Below are positions 51,971 through 64,000 of a stretch of DNA of 64,000 nucleotides, one piece after another. The DNA is taken from the NCBI GenBank assembly GCA_024137785.1, contig JAHRHZ010000092.1:10857693-10921692 (forward strand), in the 5' to 3' direction. Positions within the stretch are counted from its first letter, which is position 1. Every line of letters begins with the position of its first letter. The stretch is from Ginglymostoma cirratum. Taxonomy: Eukaryota. A program made the position numbers and the translations under genes. Under the pieces are notes generated by a model. The model ran no database searches. It was not told the origin of the DNA and saw nothing but the letters and a program-made list of their open reading frames with translations.

Positions 51971-54900
51971 ACTAGGACAGGAACATTCTTCTCTCTCTCT
52001 CTTAGGGCTTTATCTTCAGCTATTGTTTATTCTTTACCCCTGCCCCAAGCCTATCTTCTGCATATAAACTGATATTTTCCTGGCTACCATCGGTTCCGAG
52101 GAAAGGTCACTGGACCTGAAACATTAAATCTGCTCTCTCTCCACAGAGACCTGCTGAGCTTTTTCAGCAATTTCTGTTTTTGTTAACTTTGGAGGGCTGG
52201 ATTCAATGAATTAAGTTGACAGGTTAAGTTTCTAACAAATTTGAAACAAGCAGGGACTCTACGACTCTAAGCCTGGAACAAAGCGTAGAATGTCGCAGTA
52301 TTGAATCTCCTGGATAAAAAGGAGTCGTTTTCAGTGCAACTCCTGTCTGGCCAGATCTAACACATAAACGACAATAGCGCACAAACCATCAAGGCTACTT
52401 GAGAGTTCACAAAGTGGAGGACATATATGCAACAGACTGTTTGGGCAAAGAAAGTGAAGCTCAATTCTGGATCTGATCCCACTGTTCCTGACACTTTTAG
52501 GAGCTCATATATAAATGACAGGTAACACTAAATAAAGAAATAAATACATGGGAATCATCCAGCACTGACGTTTCTCACTTCAAATTTATGAGATTTGAAT
52601 TCAAAATGCCAAGCACTATGTCGAAGGCTAATCGCTAAAAGGTTTAGCTATTCCAAGTGAAATCTTGCAAAGTAACATTTCCTTTGTTACAGTTATTGAA
52701 GTACAAGAGAATTCTGACAAATACACTTATTACTTAAAAGGTAAGGATACAGTTAACAAGGTGTCCAAAAGCGAGGCTTCAAAAAAGTTGTTTAGGCTCT
52801 TCCAACAGAAGAGTATTCAGATAAAATCAGTGGGCCACATGTACCCAACCTCCAGCAATCTAGCCTTCAAGGCCAATTTAACTCAGTCCTATTTATAACG
52901 ATAATTTTGATCATGTTACCTAGTATAGTGATAAAACACCTGCGAACAAACTTACCAACTTGGGGAGCAGGTCAACAGCCGATGATTCTTATTTTGTTCA
53001 CCGGGAATGTTAACAGTCCTGGTATTCGAAAAGAACAGTTCTTCTGCTGACTCTGGTGGATAATACCTCAATCAGAACAGAAGATCTGAGCGTATCAGGA
53101 TCATCAGACATAGGGGAACGCATAAGAACAGGCCTTTAAATTGATACTCCATTGATGGTGTATTTATGGGGCTGACTTAAAGGCAAAACAAGAGGAGAGT
53201 TGGATAAACCAGTTTTATTGTATATCCAATTCCACTTCTGCTATACCAGGCCAATTTTTTTTTGGGGTGCAGCAGGCAGGATGAACAGAATCAACGTTGC
53301 CTATGAAGCCTTTCACAGGATCTCACTAACAATCTGGGAAAAAAAAGGAGTTGCAGCAGAGCAAGTAAGTGAATCTGAAAGTATCAGCTGGAGCAGGACA
53401 ACAGGTACATCAAAGCAAGCAACAATTCTAGGAAGTGCTGCCTACATGGTTACACAGGAACATAAATGGGAGCAGGAGGCAGCCATTCAGCCCATTGACC
53501 CTGCTCTTTCATTAACTAGATCATGACTGTTTTTCTACCTCAATAATACTGCCCTACATTAACTCCATATCTTTGATTGCTTTTATTTTTGTTACCAGGG
53601 CAGTTGAATAAAAGCTGCTTTCATATTGCACTTCGTGTCCCAGAGGTACCAGGTCTTAGCTTTGGATCTATAGCATCTAGTCGAAACTAAAGTAAACACT
53701 TGAGATTCTTTAAAAGCCAATTCAGCTTTTCTAAATAAAACTGTCTTCACTGTGGTTGGCAAATGCGGCAAGTTTACAACATCAAGAACTGGCAGCATTC
53801 AGACCCCGAGTACAAAAGAGTTGAAAGAAAATGCATCTATGAAACCTGCAATTTCCAGCTTCAATAGTCTTGAAAATGCAGAGCAAAGCATGAAGTAACA
53901 TCCAGCACATTACTAGCATTCGAGTTGGCTGTGCTTTTATTGGTGGAATCTTAGCAGCAAACACAATGCCAGTTTCAATTTATCTGCAAACACTTAATTG
54001 TTTAAGCACAAGTTATTTACAAAAGGCATCAAGGGATATTACAGGGAAAAGCAATATTCACCAAACCTTAATTGCTTACAGGCTGTGGTAGAAACCACAA
54101 CCTTGAAAACATTTACCAGAGCAACCTCCTTAAGTAATTCAAAGTGCTATTAAGAGTAATTTTTAAAAAAATGTCATGCACTAAATAAATCAGTCGGCCA
54201 TTAAAATTAACCCCTTGAGCAGGCAGACTATTATATATAAAAAGTGTTTAAAAATCAAACCACGTGTTTTCTTGTCTGAGGTTGCTGAATCATGCTGGGA
54301 TGTTGCAGTAAAAGCACCAACAGAACTCAGCAACCTCAACCAAGTGATCATCCTTCATCAAAACACTAAAGGATGTTACTTAACACAGATGCACTTTGCA
54401 ACAGGGGTCACCGGGCATGAAGAGTGGAAGAACTGATTGACTCCTATCACTCAATTGATTCACACAGCATAACTCCTGTCAGCCCACTTAATCATCAAAC
54501 CTATAGCAACTCAACTGTTGCCCCAACAGACATCAGCTAAGTCAGTACAGAAGTCAGTACTAAGTCAGTACCGAACCTGGAATATTCTGTTAGGCACAAA
54601 TGAGCAGAATGCATTGCTGTTATTAATTTGATTGTGGAAGCGGAGGATTAGCGTGATTTAAAAAAAACATCTCTCCATTCACCTTCCCATTTTCCAACTG
54701 TGCAAAAGTTTCCATATCCTGCCAATACCTGAAGTACAAAGCATTCCTTTGTGCTACAAGACTCCTCTAAGGAAGGAATCCTAAATTGATCAAGAGGGAA
54801 TTGTTTTGAAGAATTAACTCAGCCTAATCATGTGACAGCTGGACTGACATCAGTAGAAAGATAGAGAACAACAAGAGTATGGGTTGGGTGGATTTAGAGT

Positions 54901-57459
54901 TTGACAGTGTCACGGGCCTGGATTAATAATCAGCAGTATTTTGGTTACTTTCTGTTCTGCAGTGCAAGTGATCTCATTTGCACTGTCAAGATTAATTACT
55001 TGTTGATCCAGTTCTTTCTTCCCATACAATTCAAACAAATGAACCAAGAAACAAAAAGAATGCAGCTAGTCTTTAGTAAATACACTTGGACAGTCAGTGT
55101 AACTGTCACCCCACTTCCTGAGCAACTGTTTTACATGGAAGTGGGTGACCCAGAAGCTGCACCAACTTGAGATTCTTCGCCCAGAAATTCAAAGGATAAA
55201 ACATTTCCCTGAGAAATGGCGAAACGGAATCCAATCGGGTCAAAGAAGTTGGAATCACATTCAAGGTCAGAATTTGAACTTGCAAACTGTGGCTGCGAGT
55301 TCACCCCTCAACCACTGTAGCTACTTGGCTGCCTTACAAGAGTTGCAATCATCCCTCAAACCTTCTTCTCCACTACAAGAACAAATCGTTCAGACAAAAC
55401 ACGACAAGATGCTTATTTCACAATAGCGATTGTTGAACGTGGAAAAGCTATTGGAGACCTGACATATGTACTGTGGCTTCGATGGAGCACGCAGGAAATT
55501 AAACTCAACTATATCTGCCAACCTAATCATTTCTGCACTAGTGCTTTTCAAAAAGTCTTTTTTCATGGTCTGACTGCATATTTATTTAAGTACTGCAGTC
55601 CATCTCTGAAGCTAAGAGTTGTGTAAACAGCAATGTTTATAGATGGGCGAATGATTACATTCTGCCAAAAACCTGGGTTTCCTGTAGGATTGTCTCAAAA
55701 AAAAAAAGCTGCTGGGATGAACAATTTTTACATTCCAAAAAAATCTCAAATCAAAGCTGGGATTTTAAAAAGAAAAAACTTTATTCATCAGGTTTTTGCA
55801 TCAAAATTTACTTCGAAAGGAAGCTAAATTGGAAATATTTTTATGGTTCTTCTTGTGACAAGCTCACTGGATTATTCAGAAGAATGAAAAGCAGAATGAA
55901 AACTTGATGTCTTCACAGAATATAAAGCCTCAAATTGAGCAGAGGATCAGGGATGGATCAAAAGGTTGCTTGTCTCATTTGCATTTTGTTCAATACACGC
56001 ATACGTAAATTTGCACAGAAATCTTCTGCAACCCCGTTGTGCAATTCACACATTGTTTATTTAACCACCCCTTTACTTTGAACATTGGAAATCAAAACGC
56101 TTGATCTGAGGAAAGGACTGGCTCAGTGCCGAGATGCAGAAATGCTATTTCAGAAGGCATTACTCAGCAAAGCTCGACTGAGCAAATGGCTATTTCAATC
56201 GAAAGGCACATAATATTTCTTTATATATATAAATAAATAATACCTTTCCAACAGAAGAGTGCTTGTAGTAGAAGCATGGATGGCACAGTAAAAACAAAAT
56301 CTATGAACAACTATCAATATAATTTGATGTTTAGAGGGGCGTGTAACAGCAAGAAAAAAAAAAGAGGTGCAACTCAGATGCTTAATTGTATTTTTTAAAA
56401 TTATGGCATCGTAGATTGGACAGTTAAGATGGTCGACCTTTCACTCAGGACTTTTACAGCATGCAAACCCTAAGTGGGCATTTCAAAGCCACTTGCTGAT
56501 AATGTAGACTCTGAATGTAGTTTCCTCTTACTCTGGCACATTCTATCTATAACGGTTCAAAGACAGGTGGGAAGTAAACCTACCAGTAGGGGACTCTCTT
56601 TGTAAATGCTGCCAAAGGATAAGTAGACACATCCATGTATCTCATACCTAATACAGTCCGAACCCTGCCAGGGAGAGACATATACAGGTACCAAAAAATG
56701 GAAACCATCCCTCATCACTATTGAATGATTTATTATTTCAATATCTGGTCAGCTGGTGGTGCTCTCACCATCTTCAAATCACAAGATTATAAATTCATGA
56801 AAAACTTAGCTCCTTATCCAATTATAATGCCAAAGGAGTACTTCTATCAGACATCCCGAGACCACATGTTACAGTCTCACGATTGCACTATCGTAGAGCA
56901 GCCTCTTTCAATGTTCCTCACTTTCTGGCAGGTCTTTCCTTTTCTATCCTTACCTATCAGAAATGCTTTCCTCAAGTACTTTGCCTTGTAAATCCCAGCC
57001 TTTTAGCAACCTATTGCCCACTTATGACTGCCTTTAACATAAGAACACAATAAGATCCAGAGTCAGCTTCTTGGTTGAGTATGCTCCAACATAACACATA
57101 GGGAGGGAAGTGGAGTTAAAGATGATCAGATCAAGCATAATCTCATTGAATGACAGAACAGACTGGATGGGTCAAATGTCTTTTCTGCTCCCACACCACA
57201 TGGCTTAACTAGGCATCTAAATTCTCTCATGTTTAGTTCTTCAGTCTGGTGAGAAGCATCTCAACATTAAGACAATATATGTAAATTCAACATTTTGTGG
57301 AAAATGCTAGAATAGCAATTAAATATGGTTACACAATTGTTCATATAAAGGATACCTTTTGATGAGATTGAGCGAAGTATGTTTAAATTATTCAAGCAAG
57401 TTATTTAAGCAAATTATTCAAGCTCATGTAAACTGCATTCAGTGTCAAACCATTTAAGG

Positions 57460-59540
57460 CAGTGGTCTCCAACTTTAAGCACAAGATTATTTTTGATTTA
57501 AGTGCAACTCAGGATCTAACTGGAAGAAAATATAGAATAAATTTTATTTTTAATACCATATAAATCTAAAACCAAGTACATTATTCATTTTGTCCTCTAC
57601 TCACTAAGTTTCAGTGCGTCATCTGAGACTGCACATTATCTGCCGGGGCCTTGAAGTCTGAGTTGTAGTTTGAAACTGCCACTCACATACACAGTCTGTT
57701 AAACAGATTTCTAAGAGGCCGGTGAATTATTTGGACTTGATTATCTTCATTTGGCAGAATGATTCCATACATCTCTGAGACAGCAAGGTAAACTTTCACC
57801 TTCAAAGATAGGATGATAGAAGTAGGTATTTTTATCCATTTGCATCCCCAGAAATTGCTATCCCTTGATCATTTGGCTCAGTTACATTCAAATGATATTA
57901 TCTCCATATCAATATCACTGCTTTGCAAATCAAACACCTGATGGAATTTGGTAGCCAAACAATGTCTACCTGAAGGAATGGATGAGATAAACATGACAAT
58001 TTGTTCCATCATGTCCAATGCCTGAAATTGCCTGTTAATTCCTCCAATTTCAAGAGTTCAGAGGTTTCCTAGGACGAAGCGTTCTTGTCTGATTTTTTCT
58101 AGTATTTCCTTCACACTCAAAGTACTTGCGTTTTGTTTTATAATTGGAAGACTGCAGACAGCATTTTGATTTGAGTGCATTCACAGCACTGATCATAAGT
58201 TTTTGTCCTTTTCATGAAGTTCTCAGTTCAGCTTGTTCAGTTTTGACATTATATGTGTGTGGAACCAGAAGTTGAACAACCACTGCATGCGTCATTCCTT
58301 GTTTTAAGAAAAGTGACAATTTCAGGCATGGAGGATTTGTCCACTGTGGGTAGCACTGAGTTCATTGAGAGATTGTGGGAACTGCTGATGCTGGAGTCTG
58401 AGATAAGGTGCGGAGCTGGATGAACACAGCAGGCCAGGCAGCGTCAGAGGAGCACGGAAGCTGACGTTTCGGGTCTGGACCCTTCTTCTGAGATTTCAGA
58501 AATGAGGTACAACTCAGATGCTTAATTGTATTTTTTTTTAAAATTATGGCATCATAGATTGGACAGTTAAGATGGCCTACCTTTCACTCAGGATCTTTAC
58601 AGCATGTGAACCCTAAGTGGGCATTTCAAAGCCACTTGCTGATGAATGTAGCTTCCCCTTACTCTGGCACACTCGATCCATAAGGTCTCAGGGACAGCTG
58701 GGAAGTAAACCTACCAGTAGGGGACTCTCTTTTGTAAAAGAGAGTCAAAGGATAAGCAGATGCAGACACATCATACCCAATACAGTCATCCAGCTCCACA
58801 CTGAGTTCATTCAGCAAGGATTTAAACAAGTGGTGCTGAAGAGCTCTTGTTCAGATTCGGCTTACAATCTTTACAACAGAAAAGTCCATAACGTTACTTG
58901 ATAATACTTGCTGCTGGATCTTATAGTGGCAATTACCAAAAGAAGAAAAATCAGAATAACTTCTGCATAATTCAACAAAGTCTACATTTGCACAGCATAT
59001 GGCTGCTGCATCCTCAGGAGTGATGGAGGCCTATATCTTGATTGGAATGCTTTTCCAAGCATGTACTTTTTGAATTTGCTGTAAAGATCCTTACCACTTG
59101 TTGTCTCTTTAAGGGGCAAAAGGATGAGAATGTCTTTATCAGATTATGCGCTTAAAAATCATGTGCGTAAAAGTAATCAGCTGGGCTGTGCTGGTTATGT
59201 TGACTGATTCATTGAACTGTAGAGAGAAACATTCATAGTCCTTCATAGCCTGCTGTAGTTGCTGAATGATGTCATCAGACAAATATTTTACTCGTCTTAC
59301 TACTGTGAACACCTGTGACACGCTCGGATATTATTTTTGCTTCTTCTTTGTCCTTAACGTATTTGAAAAAAGAGTCAGCAGCCACATCACTGCTTCCTTA
59401 AATACTTCATCAACTTTGAATGATTTCTGGTCAAAACAGAGTCAGGTAGAGAGATCAACCATCAGAGACTTTGCAACCTACATGTTAGAGATCACTGAAT
59501 TAAGAAAACTCAATTCTGAAATAAACTTCGGCTTGTGACA
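57460..59540 (-). mobile_element. Decayed hAT (Charlie/SPIN-like) DNA transposon
   Basis: Terminus CAGTGGTCTCCAAC; remnant FSLQFNESVNITSTAQL resembles the hAT motif FSLQLDESTD..AQL; second TIR not found. Confidence 0.75.
58367..58798. mobile_element. PLE-terminal insert carrying a copy of nearby intronic DNA, 13-bp TSD
   Basis: TSD cactgagttcatt at 58354-58366 and 58799-58811; 58504-58787 matches 56364-56658. Confidence 0.85.
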
Positions 59541-62204
59541 TTCTACACTGCATTTGGAAGCTGAACTGTACACAGTGCTCTTCAACCCCAGAGACTCAAT
59601 GCTGGATTTGTCAGAAAACTGTCAGCACAAACAACAGAAAGAAGATCTTTACTTGTCCCCTCTCAGAGAAAAAAATCTTGTTTTGGAAGGCACAGGAACA
59701 GTTCAGAGAAGCATAAATAAGTCTTAAATAGAAGTTTCAAAGACAGCAGCTAAGCAAAGTGCCATTTTGGACAAGGAATGCAGAAGTTTATGCATGATAC
59801 ACTACCCATAATACACAAAATATGTGCCATTGGTAAAAGGTTTTCAGTCAAATTAAACATGCTCAAGTAATTAGGATTTAATTTTTCAACAACTTGAATT
59901 TTTTTTTATTAGGTTTAAAACATTTGCATTATCAAAAGTAGTGAAGTATTCTTCTGGGAATAAAGCACAAATCATATGTTTAAACATTATGCCAATACAT
60001 TTCTGGCATGATATTGTTAAGTTGTCATTTCAAATTAATCCCATTGCCATTATCAGTGACAAAGATGTAACCGTTAGAATTTGGCTGGTCTGAGAAAGTT
60101 CTTTGAAAACAAAAACAATTTTATTTGAACAGAGGTAAAGAGAGAAAATTACCAATGTTGAAAATATACGTGTCAATACCTACAAAATGACAAGCTAACA
60201 CTTCAGGTATCTTTTGATTCAATCCATGATTGTACAGCCAGCCAGAAGCTCAAGTTGAAAAAGAATTAAAGAAACAGAACTAAAATCTTCGAAACGTTCT
60301 GATTTTCATTCAGCATGAGGGAATAAGACATTTCACGTGTTTGAGAATCTCAACGCATAATGCAGACATAGGATGCCTCTGGGGAATGTGCTGAGTTCTG
60401 GAGCCTGTTAGAGAGGGAGCACAGCTGGGGTAACTTCGTTGGAGCTCTTTGGTGGCTATTGCTGCCTCAGGACTCAATCCTAAAATTTCAGCTGGTAACC
60501 CCACTGTAGTCCTCAAGCCCACTTTGAGAAGCCCTATATTAAACAAAGCTAGCACTTCAAGTGTGCCACATCTGAATTACCAGTATGTCAATGTAAAAAA
60601 TGATTTTTTTTTTTGATATGGACTTGTCAGCTGTGCGTACTTGCAGTTCAAATGCCCAGTATTCACAACTTCTTTTGTTTCTCTTTCAAAGTCAAAATAA
60701 GCATGTGGAATTATTTTGTAATGAAGTAGTCAACAGGAGCAAAGGGTAAGGGGCAAAAAGAAAACTCCTCAACATGTTCTATCTGAGCTATTTGGACTTT
60801 CAGAATTATTTAAAATTCAGCTGAAAATAACTACATCCTGGAGGTAATTGGGATATAGATTTCAAATTTTAGAGGGAAAAGAACAATCCAATATTGAGCA
60901 TAGTACATAGATATTAAAAAAATGAATGCTATTTAACCTTATCAGGAATTTCCAACTGTTTTTAGCTCATCTGAGAAACAGATATTGTTAAACATGCATC
61001 AGAATTTGATGGCAGCTACAATCCAGGATTCCTAAGCAACAAAACAGAAGAACAACAACATGGGTAACCAACAATAGATGGCTTAATAAACAATGACACC
61101 TGTCCCATAAATGCAAGGAAAGTAGATACTCCAAAAAAATCTTTGCAAGTTCTACTCCTTCCTTATCAAGGTGTTTCTCAATACTAGCAGCTCTCTAGTT
61201 TCCCACCTAGTGGCAGTTTCCACGTGTCAAGTCTACTTAAGACCTCTAAGAGGGGCATGCGGTTTCACAGCTAAGAGGAGTCCAGTCTTCACTACATTTA
61301 TAGCAGACTTCCTAGCATAGGATATGGACAACGATTAGATAAACAAACACTGACTGATTTTCTCTCTTAGCTAGCCTAGAAGGCAACGTTACCACCCCAC
61401 CTGCTGCCTCCACAGCTTGGAGGTGTTCAACATGGGCCGATCTTCATGACTGCTGTATGACAGGGGAATTTCTGCCTTAGCCATTAGGGGGTTAGAAGAA
61501 TCACTCCAACATGTTTTTCAAACAGGTGTGTATACTCACTCATACATCAGTGCGGAAAAGGATCATTTCCAGAAGATTTCTGCACTTCCATTTCACAGTT
61601 ATTCAGGTTGTACGTCAACAATTGAGAGCAAGAAAAACTGGTTTATTTCACATCAAACAAGAAATTGTTAAACCAAGAAGAAAATTTAAGCACAAGCCCT
61701 AATCTGATTAAAGTTGATTTTAGAACAGATCATGTACTATGCACACTACTGTTCATATAACGTGCCTCAGGTACGGACTCCAAGTTACAACATATTCAAA
61801 CTATAAGGAACGTTTCAAATAACTCTTTAGAATCTCATGCAAGCTGGGTGTAAATAGATAATTCTATACTGTCCACTACACAAGCACTATTATTAGACAG
61901 TGCAGAAATTAATGGTGCAATTATGTTCAAGAAACTAGCTAGCCTGTTTTGAGGAACTGGCAGTGTACCAGATACAAGAGGGAGCAGTTGGGCACCACGC
62001 AATTGAAAATTCCAAGGACAACTGAGAAGACGAGCCTAGTTTCAAGGGAACAGGTTTAATAGATTAAAAAAGGAGCTGGAAAAATGAGATGCTAACTGTT
62101 CTTGTTGTAATAGGATGAAAACTGGGTAGTCGGAAGCAGTGAGTGATTATAAAAACAGTATTTAAAAATATTAAATTATGTAAAATTATTTTTAAAAAGC
62201 AGAG

Positions 62205-62530
62205 ACAGTGGCCAAGTGGTTAGGTCACTGGTGTAGTAGTCCAGAGCCTCAGGCTAATGTTCTGAGGACTTGGATTTAAATCCCACCATGGCAGATGGTG
62301 AAATTTTAATTCATTGATAAGAAGTTGAGGGATTAAAAAAAACTAGCCTAATGGCAACCATGTAGCCACTTTCAATTGAGAAAACCTCTCTGGTTCGTTA
62401 ATGTCCTTTCAGGAAGGAAATTTGCTATCCTTACCTGATCTGTCCTAGATGTGACTCGAGATTGACAGCAATGTGGTTGGATCTTGGGACGGGCAACATA
62501 TACTGGCCCAGCCAGCAACACCACATCCAA
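62205..62530 (+). mobile_element. tRNA-derived SINE, family A, near full length
   Basis: Head gtggccaagtggttaggtcactgg, B-box-like ggatttaaatccc, core and tail present. Confidence 0.8.
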
Positions 62531-64000
62531 GTATTAAAAATATATTTTCCAAATTTTAAAAATCAAGCTCACAGCAAACCAGTACCTGCAACAAGACATT
62601 TAGTGTGGCAAAGTTGCATTCAGTTCATGTAGGGCTGACTTATTTTACAAGAACTCCCTGGATATCTTTTTCCCTTCCTTCATACTCACCCCACTCCCCA
62701 TGATTTATCATTCTTTTTCCACAACAGCCAATATTTGTTCAAAAGGATGCTAAAGGCATCTAGCACCCCAGTTTAAGTATCATGACTCACAATAACATGC
62801 TCTGATTTATTGAACATCATCTCTGCTCTCCCACAGTGTCTTTTCTCATGTCAGATTGGCCGAGTTAATTATGCACTCACTTCCAAGTCAGAAGAATTGA
62901 GCCCCATTCCAGGACTCGAGCACATTATCTAAAGTGACAGAATTACGTGGCATTAAAGAAAGCTACTGGGGTATTACATGTTACTGGGGCAGATAAATAG
63001 CTGCAATGTCATATCAGTAAATCATTTCAGCTGCAATATCACCAACTGTGGACCTAACAGGAAATAATATATTGGAACATTTCACAGTCATTAACTATCA
63101 CTTGATTATTGCAATAACAAGCACACATTACTTTATTCAGGACAACTAAACGCTGGTGATGAGGCCATTACTTCCTCAATTAATGAGTGTTGGTTTATCC
63201 CACCCTCCAGAGCTAATAAGGCCATACAACTCCTACACACCTTAGGGCACCATTTTGTGAAGGCATAAAATGACACTTTCAATACTAGGTTGTAGGCTGT
63301 GAATTTAAAATGACATGCAACACAAATGTAACCTGAGCGCTAGTTCAATTGGAAGCCATTTTGGATCTAAAGTGTAGATAGGCCACTTGTGCAGCAACAC
63401 AGAAAAGGGTAAAGATGTATGCAATTGTGGTTCATGCAACCCCTTCATGGGAACGATTGACAGAGCAAAGCATCGTGCAGAGCGCTTAGGATTACAAAAG
63501 ACGACCCTGGTCTCTCTAACTCAAACGCAAGCCAGCTTTTCCTTACTTCCCACCCACATCCCGCTGACACAACGCAGTTTAACTGGACTGTTGCCAGTCA
63601 CAAGTGTCATGTTTTGCCTCTGCTTTAATCGTAGAAGAGGGAGGAAACAATAGTTTGTTCAATACAAAACAAAGGGCTGGAATTTAACAGTATAATTTTG
63701 CTGTTTATAGACCTTCAGGAGGAAAGTTTCCTATTAACCGAAGGAAATCCGATTAGTTCCTGCAGCAATGGGACTTTATAAAAGAGGTAAATGTTCAGGA
63801 ATGCACACCTTCCAATCAAAGTTTACATCAGCATTGCTGTACAACTGGAATGTAAAGCAAGTCTACATTCCTTGAATTTCACAGCAGTATCTTGTACAAG
63901 CAGAACAAAGTTCAATGTTCCTTGGACTCCTGCTCTATAGTCTGCAATTTTCTTACAAAAAAATTTAAATGTAGTCATAGCCAATAAATTTTGAGGTAGT

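Larger units (their letters stand above)
50290..52185 (+). mobile_element. PLE 3' end (50290-50651 plus ~51980-52185) split by a nested PLE
   Basis: The two halves rejoin at a CT-rich tract; ends in the same terminal motif as 1-107. Confidence 0.75.

Noticed and set aside
51278-52072. 264-aa plus-strand ORF
   Set aside because: Antisense shadow of the PLE ORF.
54538-54572. 3x aagtcagtac short tandem repeat
   Set aside because: Ordinary slippage repeat.
57460-59540. Domesticated hAT gene (GTF2IRD2/ZBED-like)
   Set aside because: Many stops, degenerate catalytic motif, interrupted by an insertion.

Overview
Eukaryotic DNA, very likely from a shark or other elasmobranch: it carries HE1-type V-SINEs, SacSINE1/DeuSINE-like pieces, abundant CR1 and Penelope-like elements (PLEs), and a ~70-bp satellite. 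The only supported gene is the 3' end of an ARHGAP35 (p190A RhoGAP)-type gene on the minus strand. Its four last coding exons (39358-39435, 38565-38696, 36654-36759, 34021-34315) have GT-AG sites and join in frame. A large intron runs off the right edge, and a repeat-poor stretch of up to ~10 kb is a candidate 3' UTR ending at a poly(A) signal at ~24081. Everything else is nested, decayed transposons. Main observations: (1) short fold-back inserts with 13-15 bp target-site duplications that look like truncated PLEs, many centred on hammerhead-ribozyme-like motifs; (2) one such insert contains a ~290-bp copy of nearby intronic DNA; (3) the p190A C-terminus is truncated by a stop codon, with the old tail still readable in the UTR; (4) a 63-bp near-perfect inverted repeat; (5) a dimeric higher-order satellite. 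Repeat-family names come from motif recall, not database searches, and repeat boundaries are approximate unless a TSD is given.
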